Shown: piece by piece, positions 21,196 through 31,210 of the stretch
Layout: the number at the start of each line of letters is the position of its first letter
Numbering within the stretch: position 1 is the stretch's first letter
NCBI GenBank assembly: GCA_963677495.2
Contig: CAXXOU010000001.1
Location: 352,001-416,000 of the forward strand
Direction of reading: 5' to 3'
DNA: 64,000 nt
Source of the DNA: Candidatus Cloacimonadales bacterium
GTDB lineage: Bacteria; Cloacimonadota; Cloacimonadia; Cloacimonadales; JAFGVF01
The notes under the pieces: generated by a model
Database searches by the model: none
Told to the model about the DNA's origin: nothing
The model's input: only the letters and a program-made list of their open reading frames with translations
Program-made: the position numbers and the translations under genes

Positions 21196-21924
21196 TTAAT
21201 CGTCTTCTGAATTGTATAATACTGGGGTTTTATACTTCCATTTATCCCAGAGTTTATCATTGATAAGTAGGTTTACCATAAAGTTTGCAACGTTGATTCT
21301 ACTTACTTTCCCAGAGTCAAAGATAGGACTTCTTATTGTAGATGGACATGCTGTATATTCCGTAACTTTGGGTTCATTTATCAATCCATCAGGCCTTACT
21401 GCAACCCATTCTATGTTTTTAAACTTAGTCCCAACTTTATTTAGAAGGTAATCTAAAGTCAGTTCATTATCGCGATGAGGAGGTAATAGATACCTTAACA
21501 AGGTTACCACAAAATTCTCGCGTGCATGGAATCTCTCATTCTGTTGTTTATTGATACAAGCTGTTGTACTCATCAAAACAAGTTTTATAGTCTTATCTGT
21601 ATCTAATTGACTTATGCAATTAACCACTTTAGCCAGAGCAGCAACTACTAGAGTTCGAGGTTTACCAAACAATCCCTTGAAGGTTAGATTATGCCCAAGG
21701 CATGTCACAACTGCATCAACATCGGCTAAGTATTGTTGCACTTTCTTATCATCAACTTCCAAAATACTAGCTTGAATTATTTCTAAATGCCTATTATCCA
21801 TGATGTTTTTGAACTTATCTGTTGATCTGGCTACACCTTTAACATCAATATTCTGAGCAATTAGCTGTGTAACTACATTAAATCCGGTGGCTCCACTCGC
21901 CCCAAAAACTAAAACTTTCATCAA
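21196..21924 (-). CDS. NAD(P)H-binding protein (flavin reductase / atypical SDR-like)
   Basis: VLVFGASGATG, WVAVRPDGL, SRINVANFM. Confidence 0.85.
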   Translation of the reverse strand: MMKVLVFGASGATGFNVVTQLIAQNIDVKGVARSTDKFKNIMDNRHLEIIQASILEVDDKKVQQYLADVDAVVTCLGHNLTFKGLFGKPRTLVVAALAKVVNCISQLDTDKTIKLVLMSTTACINKQQNERFHARENFVVTLLRYLLPPHRDNELTLDYLLNKVGTKFKNIEWVAVRPDGLINEPKVTEYTACPSTIRSPIFDSGKVSRINVANFMVNLLINDKLWDKWKYKTPVLYNSEDD

Positions 21925-22094
21925 AACCTCTTTTTCATCTTTCTTGATAACAGGATAATCCTCAATCTCCAGTTAAACCCCTAAAAAATACTTAAAATGC
22001 TATTTGATGCAATAGACTTCGACTTTTACACTCATACTTTTATCCGATAGAATGTCATAATTACTAAAAGCTTTTTTATAACAATCTCCTCAAC

Positions 22095-22823
22095 TTAGTA
22101 ATTATTGATGTTTATCATTCCAAACTCTTCATCAAGCATATTCTTTCTTAACCTCCAATCAGGCATCTGTAATGTTAACAGATTGTAAAACTCTTTGGAA
22201 TGATTTGGATATATAACATGGATTAATTCATGCATTATCACATACTCAATACATATCTTAGATGTTCTAATTAGATTTGTATTAATAGTTATTGTATTAT
22301 TTGCAATAATATAACTTCCCCACCGACTTTTCATTTGCCTAAACTTAATTCTTGGTTTCTTTATTCCATACCTGCTTAAAGATTCAATACTACTATCTAA
22401 AATACTTTTGGTTACAAGCTCTACTCTACTTCTTAACCATTTCTGAAAGAGTTTCCTTTTGAAGTCAAAATCTTTAGGTCTTCTTGTCATGATATAGATG
22501 TATCCTCGATACCATTTGACTAAATCAGACTCCGATTCCACAACTTTCAATCTATATTGCTTACCAAGGTAAAGTATTGATTCTCCGCTAACATAGCTTT
22601 TATTATCTTTGATTGGAAGATAGTTCTCAAACCCCTTGAGCTTTTTGTATATCCAATGGATTTTCTTATCTGCAAAACTTCTTAGTTCTTCAATTGTTAT
22701 ACTCTCATTTGCAGAAATAGTCACTGTTAAATCAGGATGTACTTTTATTGTAATATTCTTTACTGCTCTTCTGATAACAGCAATTGTTATCACTTCTGTT
22801 CCATACTCTAAGACAATATCCAT
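22095..22823 (-). CDS. M48-family / YgjP-like metallohydrolase (DUF45)
   Basis: SGESILYLGKQYRL, MKSRWGS, YVIMHELIH..NHSKEFY; commonly found after hsdR. Confidence 0.9.
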   Translation of the reverse strand: MDIVLEYGTEVITIAVIRRAVKNITIKVHPDLTVTISANESITIEELRSFADKKIHWIYKKLKGFENYLPIKDNKSYVSGESILYLGKQYRLKVVESESDLVKWYRGYIYIMTRRPKDFDFKRKLFQKWLRSRVELVTKSILDSSIESLSRYGIKKPRIKFRQMKSRWGSYIIANNTITINTNLIRTSKICIEYVIMHELIHVIYPNHSKEFYNLLTLQMPDWRLRKNMLDEEFGMININNY

Positions 22824-25800
22824 TAGAACCTATTCATAGCTATTGTAAGCATGTTACCAATGATTTCATCCATCCTCTCATATGGTATCTCAATTTCTTG
22901 TTCTTGAGTGTAATCATAGAAAAGGTCATCAATTTCTTGTTTAATCTTCTTATGCACTTCCTGATTATCCTGCCAATCAACTTTGATATTCTGTTTAACT
23001 ATACTTACTACCATCAATGCTAATTCAGCTATTTTATCCGGATTAATGTAATCCTTTTTCAATGAGGGGAGTAGTTCATTTATTGTACCAAAGAAAGCTT
23101 GTGCATGACCATTACTTTCTATGCTTTCGGGGTATTTAACATCGCTTTTTCCATCTCGATAGTCTTTCGTGACCTTTCTCATCTCTTGAAGGTATTCAGC
23201 TTCACTAAGTCTTCCCTCTTTATAGCGTCTTAGAATCTCTGCAATTCTTTCAGAGAACTTCATATAATAAGCCGGGTTCTCATTTCGCTTTTCAGTGATT
23301 GATTTTGTTAGACGAGTTCTTATAGCATCTGCTTTTGCTCGTGGAGATTTCAATCTCTCAAGCTCTTTTTCAAAGCCCTCTCTATCCAAAATATCTATAG
23401 GTTTTGTAATATGTAGCACATCCTCTGCTGCAATATAGTTATCCATAAGTTGCTGCATCTTGGCTTCATACTCTTTATGGTCGATTCCATCCGAATATCT
23501 AATCTTTACACTTCGTCTTAACTCTTGGAAAAACTTCAATTCTCGCTTATGGTATTGTATCTGCTCTCTCCCCATCTCAAAGTAGATAGCTTCTGAAGAA
23601 AGGGCAATCCCTACATTTCTTGAATACCTGCAAAGCACATCATAGAACTCATTTCTTCTCTTTTTATCTGCTAGTTTGAGTTCAAAGAGTTCTAAGTCAT
23701 CTCCTCGTTTAACAGGTTTGAAGAAATCCCATAACTGAGCATGAGCTTCTTTTAGGTCTCCAATAATCTTCTTTATATGGAACATCACACCTTGAATATC
23801 TTTTTGCTCAAAATCCTCCAACGCTTCACCACTATACAAGTCTAAGGCTTCATCAAGCTCTACTAGCAGTCCACGATAATCGACAATGTATCCGTAGTCT
23901 TTTCCCTCAAATAACCTGTTAACTCGAGCTATAGCTTGCAATAGCGTATGCTCCTTCATTGGTTTATCAACATATAGCACTGTTGCTCTGGGTGCATCAA
24001 ATCCGGTAAGGAGTTTATCTACAACTATCAATAACTCCAGCTCATCACCTTTGACAAACTCATCCTTGATTATTGTTTCGTAGTCTTCTGCACTTCCATA
24101 TCTCTCCATCATCTCGTTCCAAAACTTGTTAACTTTAAGCTTTGATTCTTCTGATGTATCTTCGTATCCTTCTCGCTGGTCACTACTCGATATCACAACT
24201 GCGCTTCTTAATCTTCCCGATTCTTGGAAGGCTTTATAATACGAGACAGCATCTGCTTTAGAAGATGTAGCTAGCATTGCTTTATATTGAGCACCTTCAA
24301 CTTTATAATGTTTAGTATAGTGTTCTTCAATATCAAAGGCTATTAGGCTAATTCTCTGTGAACTTGAAGCAATCTTCTCGAATCTACTCCATTTTCTCAA
24401 AACTTCCTCTTTCTGCGTTTCGTTCAAGTCTCGAGTGATAGCTTCGATCCTATTATCAATGGCTCTACGGTTCACAGTTTGTTCTATCAGTCTACCTTCA
24501 TACAGAAGAGGTAGTATTGTTCCGTCCTTCACTCCATCCATAATTGTGTATTGATGTATTGGGGTGTTGCTTCCAAACTTCTTAAGTGTATTCTTTAAAT
24601 CAGACTTCATCAGAGGTGTACCTGTAAAGCCAATGTAACAAGCGTTTGGCAACACTTCTTTCATGTTGTTGTGAAGTTCCTTATACTGCGATCTATGACT
24701 TTCATCGACTAAAACAAAGATGTTTTGATTTTGATTGATTGCTTTCTTAGCTGATACACTAGCAAACTTATTTATTACCGTTGTGATAATTTGCTTATTC
24801 TCATCCTTGATTAGTGACATCAGATGCTGTCCTGAGTTTGCTCTTGCAGGCTTCATTCTCGTATGAGCAAAGTTATCCCTAATCTGTTTATCAAGGTTTA
24901 TTCTATCAGTTACAACAATCACACGAGGATTCATAATCTCTTTATCTGCTAAAAGCATTTTAGCAAACATTATCATGGTGATTGATTTACCGGAACCTTG
25001 TGTATGCCAAATCACTCCACCTTGTCTATTTCCAGAAGAGTTAGTATCTTTGATTGTGTTCATCAATGCCTTTATGGCAAAGTACTGCTGATATCTTGCT
25101 ATCTTCTTCTTATCTAAGTCATAAAGCACAAAGAACCTTGTGAATTCAATTAGTCGTTCACGAGAGAATAGGGAGATAATATGTCTATCCTGTTCAGTAG
25201 GAGTTCGAGTTGGTAAGTATTGAGTTAACCTATCCTTCAACCATTTAGAATCGCTAGTTTTGGCTTTATCTAAGTCTTTCCACACAGACCAAAACTTCTT
25301 AGCTGTTCCGCAAGTCGCATACTTAGCTTCGGTTCTGTTTGTAGCTAAGATGACTTGCACAAACTTAAAGAGATTAGGTATCCACTCCTTTTTCTGGTTT
25401 CTGATATTCTGACTTATAGCTTCATTCAAGGGTTTACTCGGTTTCTTACATTCAATCACACCCAAGGGTATTCCATTCACAAGTACTACAAGATCAGGAC
25501 GAGCTGTATCACCGTTATCTCTATCCACACTAAACTCTTCGGTCACATGAAAGCTATTGTTTTCAAGGTTCTCCCAATCAATGTAGTAGAGATTGTATGA
25601 CCTGCGAGTTCCATCCGGCATCTCCTCTTGATAAGTACGCCCCAACATCAGATAATCATATATCTGTTCATTTGTCCTTACCAAGCCTGTAGTTAAAGGT
25701 ATATCCAAGTCCTCAATAGCTTGCTCTATGTTTCTATCGGAGAACTTAAAACTCTCACCCTTGAACTCATAACTATTAAGTTCTTTAAGCTTCTTGCGAA

Positions 25801-25936
25801 GTGTATCACGCATAATAACCCTACCGGTTCCACCTCGTTCCCTCTCGCAATCTTCTCGTTCAATAAACTCATACCCCATACATCGGAGCAACTCCAATGC
25901 CGGACCGTGACTACTATTTTGTTCCGTTATCTTCAT
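22823..25936 (-). CDS. hsdR: type I restriction endonuclease subunit R
   Basis: RPDLVVLVNGIPLGVIECK, WHTQGSGKS, DESHRSQY, FTGTP, LTGFDAP, QAIARVNR. Confidence 0.96.
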   Translation of the reverse strand: MKITEQNSSHGPALELLRCMGYEFIEREDCERERGGTGRVIMRDTLRKKLKELNSYEFKGESFKFSDRNIEQAIEDLDIPLTTGLVRTNEQIYDYLMLGRTYQEEMPDGTRRSYNLYYIDWENLENNSFHVTEEFSVDRDNGDTARPDLVVLVNGIPLGVIECKKPSKPLNEAISQNIRNQKKEWIPNLFKFVQVILATNRTEAKYATCGTAKKFWSVWKDLDKAKTSDSKWLKDRLTQYLPTRTPTEQDRHIISLFSRERLIEFTRFFVLYDLDKKKIARYQQYFAIKALMNTIKDTNSSGNRQGGVIWHTQGSGKSITMIMFAKMLLADKEIMNPRVIVVTDRINLDKQIRDNFAHTRMKPARANSGQHLMSLIKDENKQIITTVINKFASVSAKKAINQNQNIFVLVDESHRSQYKELHNNMKEVLPNACYIGFTGTPLMKSDLKNTLKKFGSNTPIHQYTIMDGVKDGTILPLLYEGRLIEQTVNRRAIDNRIEAITRDLNETQKEEVLRKWSRFEKIASSSQRISLIAFDIEEHYTKHYKVEGAQYKAMLATSSKADAVSYYKAFQESGRLRSAVVISSSDQREGYEDTSEESKLKVNKFWNEMMERYGSAEDYETIIKDEFVKGDELELLIVVDKLLTGFDAPRATVLYVDKPMKEHTLLQAIARVNRLFEGKDYGYIVDYRGLLVELDEALDLYSGEALEDFEQKDIQGVMFHIKKIIGDLKEAHAQLWDFFKPVKRGDDLELFELKLADKKRRNEFYDVLCRYSRNVGIALSSEAIYFEMGREQIQYHKRELKFFQELRRSVKIRYSDGIDHKEYEAKMQQLMDNYIAAEDVLHITKPIDILDREGFEKELERLKSPRAKADAIRTRLTKSITEKRNENPAYYMKFSERIAEILRRYKEGRLSEAEYLQEMRKVTKDYRDGKSDVKYPESIESNGHAQAFFGTINELLPSLKKDYINPDKIAELALMVVSIVKQNIKVDWQDNQEVHKKIKQEIDDLFYDYTQEQEIEIPYERMDEIIGNMLTIAMNRF

Positions 25937-25956
25937 AATACCTCTGTTTTCTCTTA

Positions 25957-26009
25957 CCTTCCCCCCTTGGAGAGAGGTCGATTTTCGTTCCCCGAAAATC
26001 GGGTGAGGA
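25957..26009. repeat. REP-like palindrome
   Basis: ccttccccccttggagagagg-tcgattttcg-ttccc-cgaaaatcg-ggtgagga. Confidence 0.5.
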
Positions 26010-26117
26010 GTCGATTAATGTTCTTCTTTTTTATAGGAAAGCTTAAGAATGGTTCTTCATAACTTACAACCTTGAGTCCCATCAACTATTATTCCTATTA
26101 GTTGAATAATTTATTTC

Positions 26118-26145
26118 TTGACAAGTTATTAGTCTTGTCTAGATT
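26118..26145 (+). promoter_or_regulatory. sigma70-type promoter firing antisense to the RM operon
   Basis: TTGACA (26118-26123), 16-nt spacer, TAGATT (26140-26145); a gacaag...cttgtc inverted repeat overlaps it. Confidence 0.55.
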
Positions 26146-26151
26146 ATATAT

Positions 26152-26209
26152 AGATTCTGAATCTGGCTCGATCCAGATAGGAATCTTCCGGGACGAAAGT
26201 CCCCTTTTT
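26152..26209 (+). ncRNA. candidate DUF3800-associated small RNA (~58 nt)
   Basis: AGAUUC/GAAUCU and AUCUGG/CCAGAU stems, then a GGGAC-GAAA-GUCCC GNRA hairpin and a U5 tract ending at the DUF3800 stop codon. Confidence 0.6.
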
Positions 26210-26981
26210 ATATATAGACAATACCCAAATTATCTGATCTTGAAGCTTGTTTGCATAACTTATCCTCATATCTTAAAAAGTAATTTTTACCACCTGTTTT
26301 TCTCATATATGTGTTTGGATATATATATTGATATAGAAGGTATGCCATTACATCTGCAGTCTGGATAAAGTATGAGTGTTCGGAATTTTTTGTCCAAGCA
26401 TCTTCAATAATCATGTCTAATGGAATGTTTCTATATCCTCCTGCGTACATTGAAGTATCGTGAGGAATTGGATTGTATTTCCTCATCTTTCTTGTCAGTG
26501 CTCTAAGCTTCTTATCATCTGTGTGATCACATATTACAATAGATCTTTCATCTCTATCTGTTGATTGCCCAGGTATGTTATGATTCTTCATCGTTGTCTG
26601 GAATCTATTTAAAAGTCTGTCCCAAGCTATCGTAAATACATCAAGATCAGCAGATTTCCCATCTTTTTTTACAACAATATTAAAAATAGTTATATCACAA
26701 GTATTAATGAAGTCAGAATAGTTCCTAAGCATTGAAAGCCTATCGTTCCTAGGGATTTCAGATAATCTATTCCCTGGTTTATTGATCATTCTTGCTGAAT
26801 GAAACTCTTCTTTCATTTTAAAGCCATAGTTGTCTGATAAGCTTTTTCTAAAGCTTACAAGACCATCCAGCATTTCATACCATTTCAATTCGTGGATAAC
26901 AAATCCAGATAATACAAAACACTTACTTGGGGAATTTTCGATTCCACAATCTCCGCTTTCATCAACATAGAGAAGATACAT
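26208..26981 (-). CDS. DUF3800 family protein (RNase H-like fold)
   Basis: MYLLYVDESG, EEFHS, IVICD and the IQTADVMAY (QxAD) motif. Confidence 0.9.
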   Translation of the reverse strand: MYLLYVDESGDCGIENSPSKCFVLSGFVIHELKWYEMLDGLVSFRKSLSDNYGFKMKEEFHSARMINKPGNRLSEIPRNDRLSMLRNYSDFINTCDITIFNIVVKKDGKSADLDVFTIAWDRLLNRFQTTMKNHNIPGQSTDRDERSIVICDHTDDKKLRALTRKMRKYNPIPHDTSMYAGGYRNIPLDMIIEDAWTKNSEHSYFIQTADVMAYLLYQYIYPNTYMRKTGGKNYFLRYEDKLCKQASRSDNLGIVYI

Positions 26982-26990
26982 TAGTTCCTC

Positions 26991-28220
26991 CTAATTCTCA
27001 ACTCTAACAATCCCGGTCAATAACAGTTGCATCATACCCCTCTTCTGCTCCTGCAATAACTCTAATTGTTGCTCTAATAATTCTATTTCTTTATCAGCTT
27101 TTGATAATATTCTAGCGATGGCTATTTGTTCTGGAATGGATGGAAGTTTAACCCACAATTTCTTTATTATTTGTGCAGATAAGTTACCTTGACCACCTTG
27201 TAGATAGGTCGCAACTATTCGTTCTTTGTTAAATTTCAGTAAGGTGTATAGATAATAATCATTCTCCGAACTTCGAATGCATAATACAGCTTGGTTAATT
27301 GCTCCATCAATTTTACTTATTGCAACTTCTCCACTTGTTGCTCCATATAGTGCATATAAGATATCTCCCTGGTTAACTAATTTTGCTGAAGAACTAGATA
27401 ATGCGGTCTTATTTATATAGGTATTTACACTTGCATCAGTAATGTTCCCTGAACCAATGAATGGTATATCACCTATATAATAGTTAGAGTTTGATCTTAA
27501 GGGTGTACCTCCAGAAAAAAAACTCGCTACCTCCCCCAACCTAACCTCTTTCCATTCATCATCAAACTCAAGTCCGGTATCGGGATTTACGACTCTTTTT
27601 TCCCCGGTTAAGAGGAGTTGCATCAGTCCTTTCTTTTGTAGCTTTTTCTGTTTAATTAGCTCTTTCTTTAGCTCAATCGCTTTATCCCAAGTCGTTAGTA
27701 TCTCTGCTATCTTCTTTTGCTCGGGGAGAGATGGCTTCAAATACTTGTATCCTTTAAAGCTTTGTCCGGTTAGCTGTGGTATACCACCACTTTCAAAGAA
27801 TACCTTAATTTTATGTTCAATATAGATACATATAAATTGAGCATCATTATTGTTATCCGGATAGATTATCAAAAGCCTCCCTACTGCCCCAAAACTTGTA
27901 TTTCTGTAAAAAGGAGTTCCTAAACCTATACCTCTTCCAACAACAGTAACACAATCCCCTTTATACTGAGCTTCTGCATAAAATCCGTATAACCCTTCAT
28001 TCGCAACTGTATTAGAAAATACAGGATATTTATGCATAGAATCATATTTGTTTGAGTAGATGGATTCGTTCAAATCTTTAGCTACTTTAATAGATGCATT
28101 ATCTCCAAATTTAACATATTCCCACTCTACCGGCACAATCCCAATTTTAGTTTTCTTATAACCTTGGGGGACAATCCCGTTTCGGATATCATCTAAGCGT
28201 TGTTTTATTTCAGGATTCAT
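26991..28220 (-). CDS. hsdS: type I RM specificity subunit
   Basis: two TRDs with PSLPEQKKIAEIL and LPSIPEQIAIARIL, and a repeated KGLMQLLLTG / RGMMQLLLTG. Confidence 0.93.
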   Translation of the reverse strand: MNPEIKQRLDDIRNGIVPQGYKKTKIGIVPVEWEYVKFGDNASIKVAKDLNESIYSNKYDSMHKYPVFSNTVANEGLYGFYAEAQYKGDCVTVVGRGIGLGTPFYRNTSFGAVGRLLIIYPDNNNDAQFICIYIEHKIKVFFESGGIPQLTGQSFKGYKYLKPSLPEQKKIAEILTTWDKAIELKKELIKQKKLQKKGLMQLLLTGEKRVVNPDTGLEFDDEWKEVRLGEVASFFSGGTPLRSNSNYYIGDIPFIGSGNITDASVNTYINKTALSSSSAKLVNQGDILYALYGATSGEVAISKIDGAINQAVLCIRSSENDYYLYTLLKFNKERIVATYLQGGQGNLSAQIIKKLWVKLPSIPEQIAIARILSKADKEIELLEQQLELLQEQKRGMMQLLLTGIVRVEN

Positions 28221-29059
28221 TTATTATCCTCTTCCAATCGCTTTTGTGTTTCTTTCTCAATCTTCTTCACTGATTTAGTGGGAGTAGGCAAATCCTCAGG
28301 CATAGAACCTCCGATATCTTCAATAGCTTTGCGAACCTTTCTTCCGACTTCCCGGTGGGTTTTATTGGCATTATCTTTGCCTCTGATATTCTCTTTTCTG
28401 AGTATCTCTTCAGTTTGAGTAGCTCTAAAGAGGTTGGCAGCAAGTTCAGTACTTCCCATATAATCAAGGATTTTGTGGCTTTTTTTGAGTCCTTTCTTTG
28501 CATGTATATCTTTAGCAGTCATCCCTCCATAAAGTCCCATATAACCGTAGTTTTGGAAGATAGCATAATCTCTTCCTGCTTCCACACCGGCATCTTTGGC
28601 AGCATCAGCAAGATGCTTATTATGCTCCGCCAAGTCTTTACGAATTGCAAGTCGCTTTTGTTCTTCGGTAAGTTGTTCAAACTTTTCCTGCATCTCCTGC
28701 TTTCGAGTCTGAATAGCAAAATATGTTTTACCGAGAGCTACAACTTCTTTACGGGAATCAGCTTCTTGGATTATAAGGTAACAAGCATAACGAGACAGTG
28801 CGTAATCTTCAACTTCACGTTTAGCACCTTTCGGAAGTTTTATCATTTTGCCGACGTCGGCAAAATGATCTACAACCTCATTACCGCTATTGTTACAAGC
28901 AACTTTTGCTTTCTCTATTACTCTGACAAAGTTACTCCATTTGGAATATTCAAGCACATCCGAGAGTTCTCTTGCAAACCAAAATTCGGAACCAAACTTA
29001 TTTATCTTCTTGATACTCTCAAACACAGAATCATCACTATTCATTATCTCTTTTGTCAT
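28217..29059 (-). CDS. dinD: DNA damage-inducible protein D (Bro-N-like)
   Basis: FESIK..EFWFAREL, HFADVGKM, LSRYACYLI, YFAIQTRKQE, LDYMGSTELAANLFRATQT. Confidence 0.9.
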   Translation of the reverse strand: MTKEIMNSDDSVFESIKKINKFGSEFWFARELSDVLEYSKWSNFVRVIEKAKVACNNSGNEVVDHFADVGKMIKLPKGAKREVEDYALSRYACYLIIQEADSRKEVVALGKTYFAIQTRKQEMQEKFEQLTEEQKRLAIRKDLAEHNKHLADAAKDAGVEAGRDYAIFQNYGYMGLYGGMTAKDIHAKKGLKKSHKILDYMGSTELAANLFRATQTEEILRKENIRGKDNANKTHREVGRKVRKAIEDIGGSMPEDLPTPTKSVKKIEKETQKRLEEDNK

Positions 29060-29068
29060 CTTGTCCTC

Positions 29069-30604
29069 CTACAGACCAAGTTCATTTAAATATTGTTGCA
29101 TTTTTTCTTCAACTTCCTGAAGTTCAGTCTTAATACGCACAATATTCTCTTTTACTGCATCCATATCAACCGGTTCTTCCTCTTCGAAGGTATCAACATA
29201 GCGTGGGATATTGAGGTTATAATCGTTCTCTTTGATTTCATCCAAAGTTGCAACGAATGAGTATTTATCAGTTGTTTTATACTCTTCGTAATGCTTCACA
29301 ATCTTGCTAATATTCTCAGTAAGTAGTTTATTCTGATTCTTATCTTTACTAAACTCTTTGGAAGCATCAATAAAGAGTATGTTAGTATTAGGTCGATTCT
29401 GCTTAAATACCAAGATAACTGCCGGAATACCTGTACCAAAGAAAAGGTTTTCCGGTAATCCTATAACAGCATCGAGTACATTATTATCGATAATATTCTT
29501 TCTTATCTTACCTTCAGATGCCCCTCTAAAGAGTACACCATGTGGAAGCACAACAGCCATTCGTCCATCCTCTGAAAGACTATTCAACATGTGGAGAACA
29601 AAGGCATAGTCACCTTTTGACTTAGGAGGGACTCCCCATTCAAAGCGTCTGAACTTATCAAGAGAGCTTTCCATCTTGAAACTGTCTTTCTTTTTAGTCT
29701 CAGATGTTTCTCCATGGTCAAAGCCCTTTGCCCATTTATCGAGTGAGAAGGGAGGGTTTGCAACTACAACCTGAAACTTCATCAAACGACCCTCTTTTGT
29801 ATGAAGCGGATTAGCAATTGTATCACCCCATTCAATCTTAGCATCATCAATGTTATGTAGAAACATATTCATCTTACAGAGGGCATGCGTGCTACCGTTA
29901 CGCTCTTGACCGTAAATCTGTACTTTGGAGACATTTGTTTCTTTGGCAGCTTTTATCAGCAAGGAACCAGATCCGCAAGTGGGATCATATATTCTGTCAT
30001 TCTCTTGAGGTTTCACAAGCTTAGCGAGTAAGGTTGAGACTTCTCCCGGTGTGAAGAACTCACCACCCTTTTTGCCTGCATCAGATGCAAAGCGAGAGAT
30101 TAGATACTCATAAGCATCTCCAATCACATCATTATTACCAATCTTCGATGGTCTTAGGTCTAAAGAATCTGCGTTGAAGTCTTCTAAAAGATGTTTTAGC
30201 ATAGGATTGCGTTCTTTGGTTTTGCCTAACATCGCCTCAGAGTTGAAGTCAATGTTCCTGAAAACACCTCGCAACTTTATTTTATTATCTTCCTCTACTC
30301 TATCCAATGCTTTGTTAATAATCTCTCCGATATTATCAGCGTTTCTATTGTTGTAAAGATAGTCAAAAGTACACTCTTCATCGAGTAAAAAGCGTTCATT
30401 CTTTAAAGCACGCTTAACTCTTTGAATATCGCCCTTATACTTCTTGTCATACTCTTCCAAATGCTCCTTATATGTATCGCTAAGATACTTAATAAACAAC
30501 ATCACGAGGATATAGTCTTTATATTGGGAAGAACCGATAATTCCTCTAAATGTATCACAAGCTTTCCAAAGAGTTTCATTTATAGTTTGTTGATTTGTTT
30601 GCAT
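29069..30604 (-). CDS. hsdM: type I RM methyltransferase subunit M
   Basis: GEFFTP, YDPTCGSGSLL, VVANPPFS, VLPHGVLFRG, NLNIPRYVD. Confidence 0.96.
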   Translation of the reverse strand: MQTNQQTINETLWKACDTFRGIIGSSQYKDYILVMLFIKYLSDTYKEHLEEYDKKYKGDIQRVKRALKNERFLLDEECTFDYLYNNRNADNIGEIINKALDRVEEDNKIKLRGVFRNIDFNSEAMLGKTKERNPMLKHLLEDFNADSLDLRPSKIGNNDVIGDAYEYLISRFASDAGKKGGEFFTPGEVSTLLAKLVKPQENDRIYDPTCGSGSLLIKAAKETNVSKVQIYGQERNGSTHALCKMNMFLHNIDDAKIEWGDTIANPLHTKEGRLMKFQVVVANPPFSLDKWAKGFDHGETSETKKKDSFKMESSLDKFRRFEWGVPPKSKGDYAFVLHMLNSLSEDGRMAVVLPHGVLFRGASEGKIRKNIIDNNVLDAVIGLPENLFFGTGIPAVILVFKQNRPNTNILFIDASKEFSKDKNQNKLLTENISKIVKHYEEYKTTDKYSFVATLDEIKENDYNLNIPRYVDTFEEEEPVDMDAVKENIVRIKTELQEVEEKMQQYLNELGL

Positions 30605-31194
30605 TATTTTTTCTCCTTATCTGATATCAGGGATTCAATTACCGAGTTGCTTAGTACCTGTTTTGCATTCAGCAACTCTTCGAGAAGCTCAATCTCTTTA
30701 TGAGCTGTATTAGAAATATCTATAATTCGTTGTTGAGTTTCTATGGTAGGGATTATTACATCAAGCTCTGCAATAGTTTTAATGCTAATTGTGCTGATTG
30801 TGCTTTGCGAAACGTGTCTAACTAATTGTCTCATAGCTTGCTTTGAGTTTAGATAAATACAGAGGTATTCAGGCAACACTTTTTCTGAAATCTCTTTCAA
30901 AACATACAAGTTAGAAGTAACAATCAGGTTCTCTGCATTTTGCTCAATCACGGAAGCAGAAAAAGGTTCACTACTCCTCATCACAATATCATTGTACTCA
31001 GTCAGGTATCGAGGATTTACGGATTCCTCAACCTTCGTTTCCTCTAATTCCTTAAAATCTATCTTTCCATCTCCCTTTAAACTTTTGACAGTAATGTATC
31101 TATAGGCATATCCCTCCAATGGTTCTTTACTCTTCTTAAGCCTATTCAAAACCACTCCCGACCTTGATACATTCACCAAATCCTTAAGTTTCAA
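30604..31194 (-). CDS. short HsdS-like protein (single TRD)
   Basis: VLPEYLCIYLNS and IPTIETQQRI; TTG start after an AGGAG RBS; stop overlaps the hsdM start. Confidence 0.8.
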   Translation of the reverse strand: MKLKDLVNVSRSGVVLNRLKKSKEPLEGYAYRYITVKSLKGDGKIDFKELEETKVEESVNPRYLTEYNDIVMRSSEPFSASVIEQNAENLIVTSNLYVLKEISEKVLPEYLCIYLNSKQAMRQLVRHVSQSTISTISIKTIAELDVIIPTIETQQRIIDISNTAHKEIELLEELLNAKQVLSNSVIESLISDKEKK

Positions 31195-31210
31195 GCAAAC
31201 TCTCCTCTTA

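Noticed and set aside
28355..29089. 244-aa + strand ORF antisense to dinD
   Set aside because: Shadow ORF with no recognisable family; its shared HFADVGKMI peptide is explained by the 28-bp palindrome
26991..31194. Phase-variable (shufflon-type) hsdS switching
   Set aside because: No recombinase gene, and no long inverted or shared repeats were seen between the two hsdS-like genes
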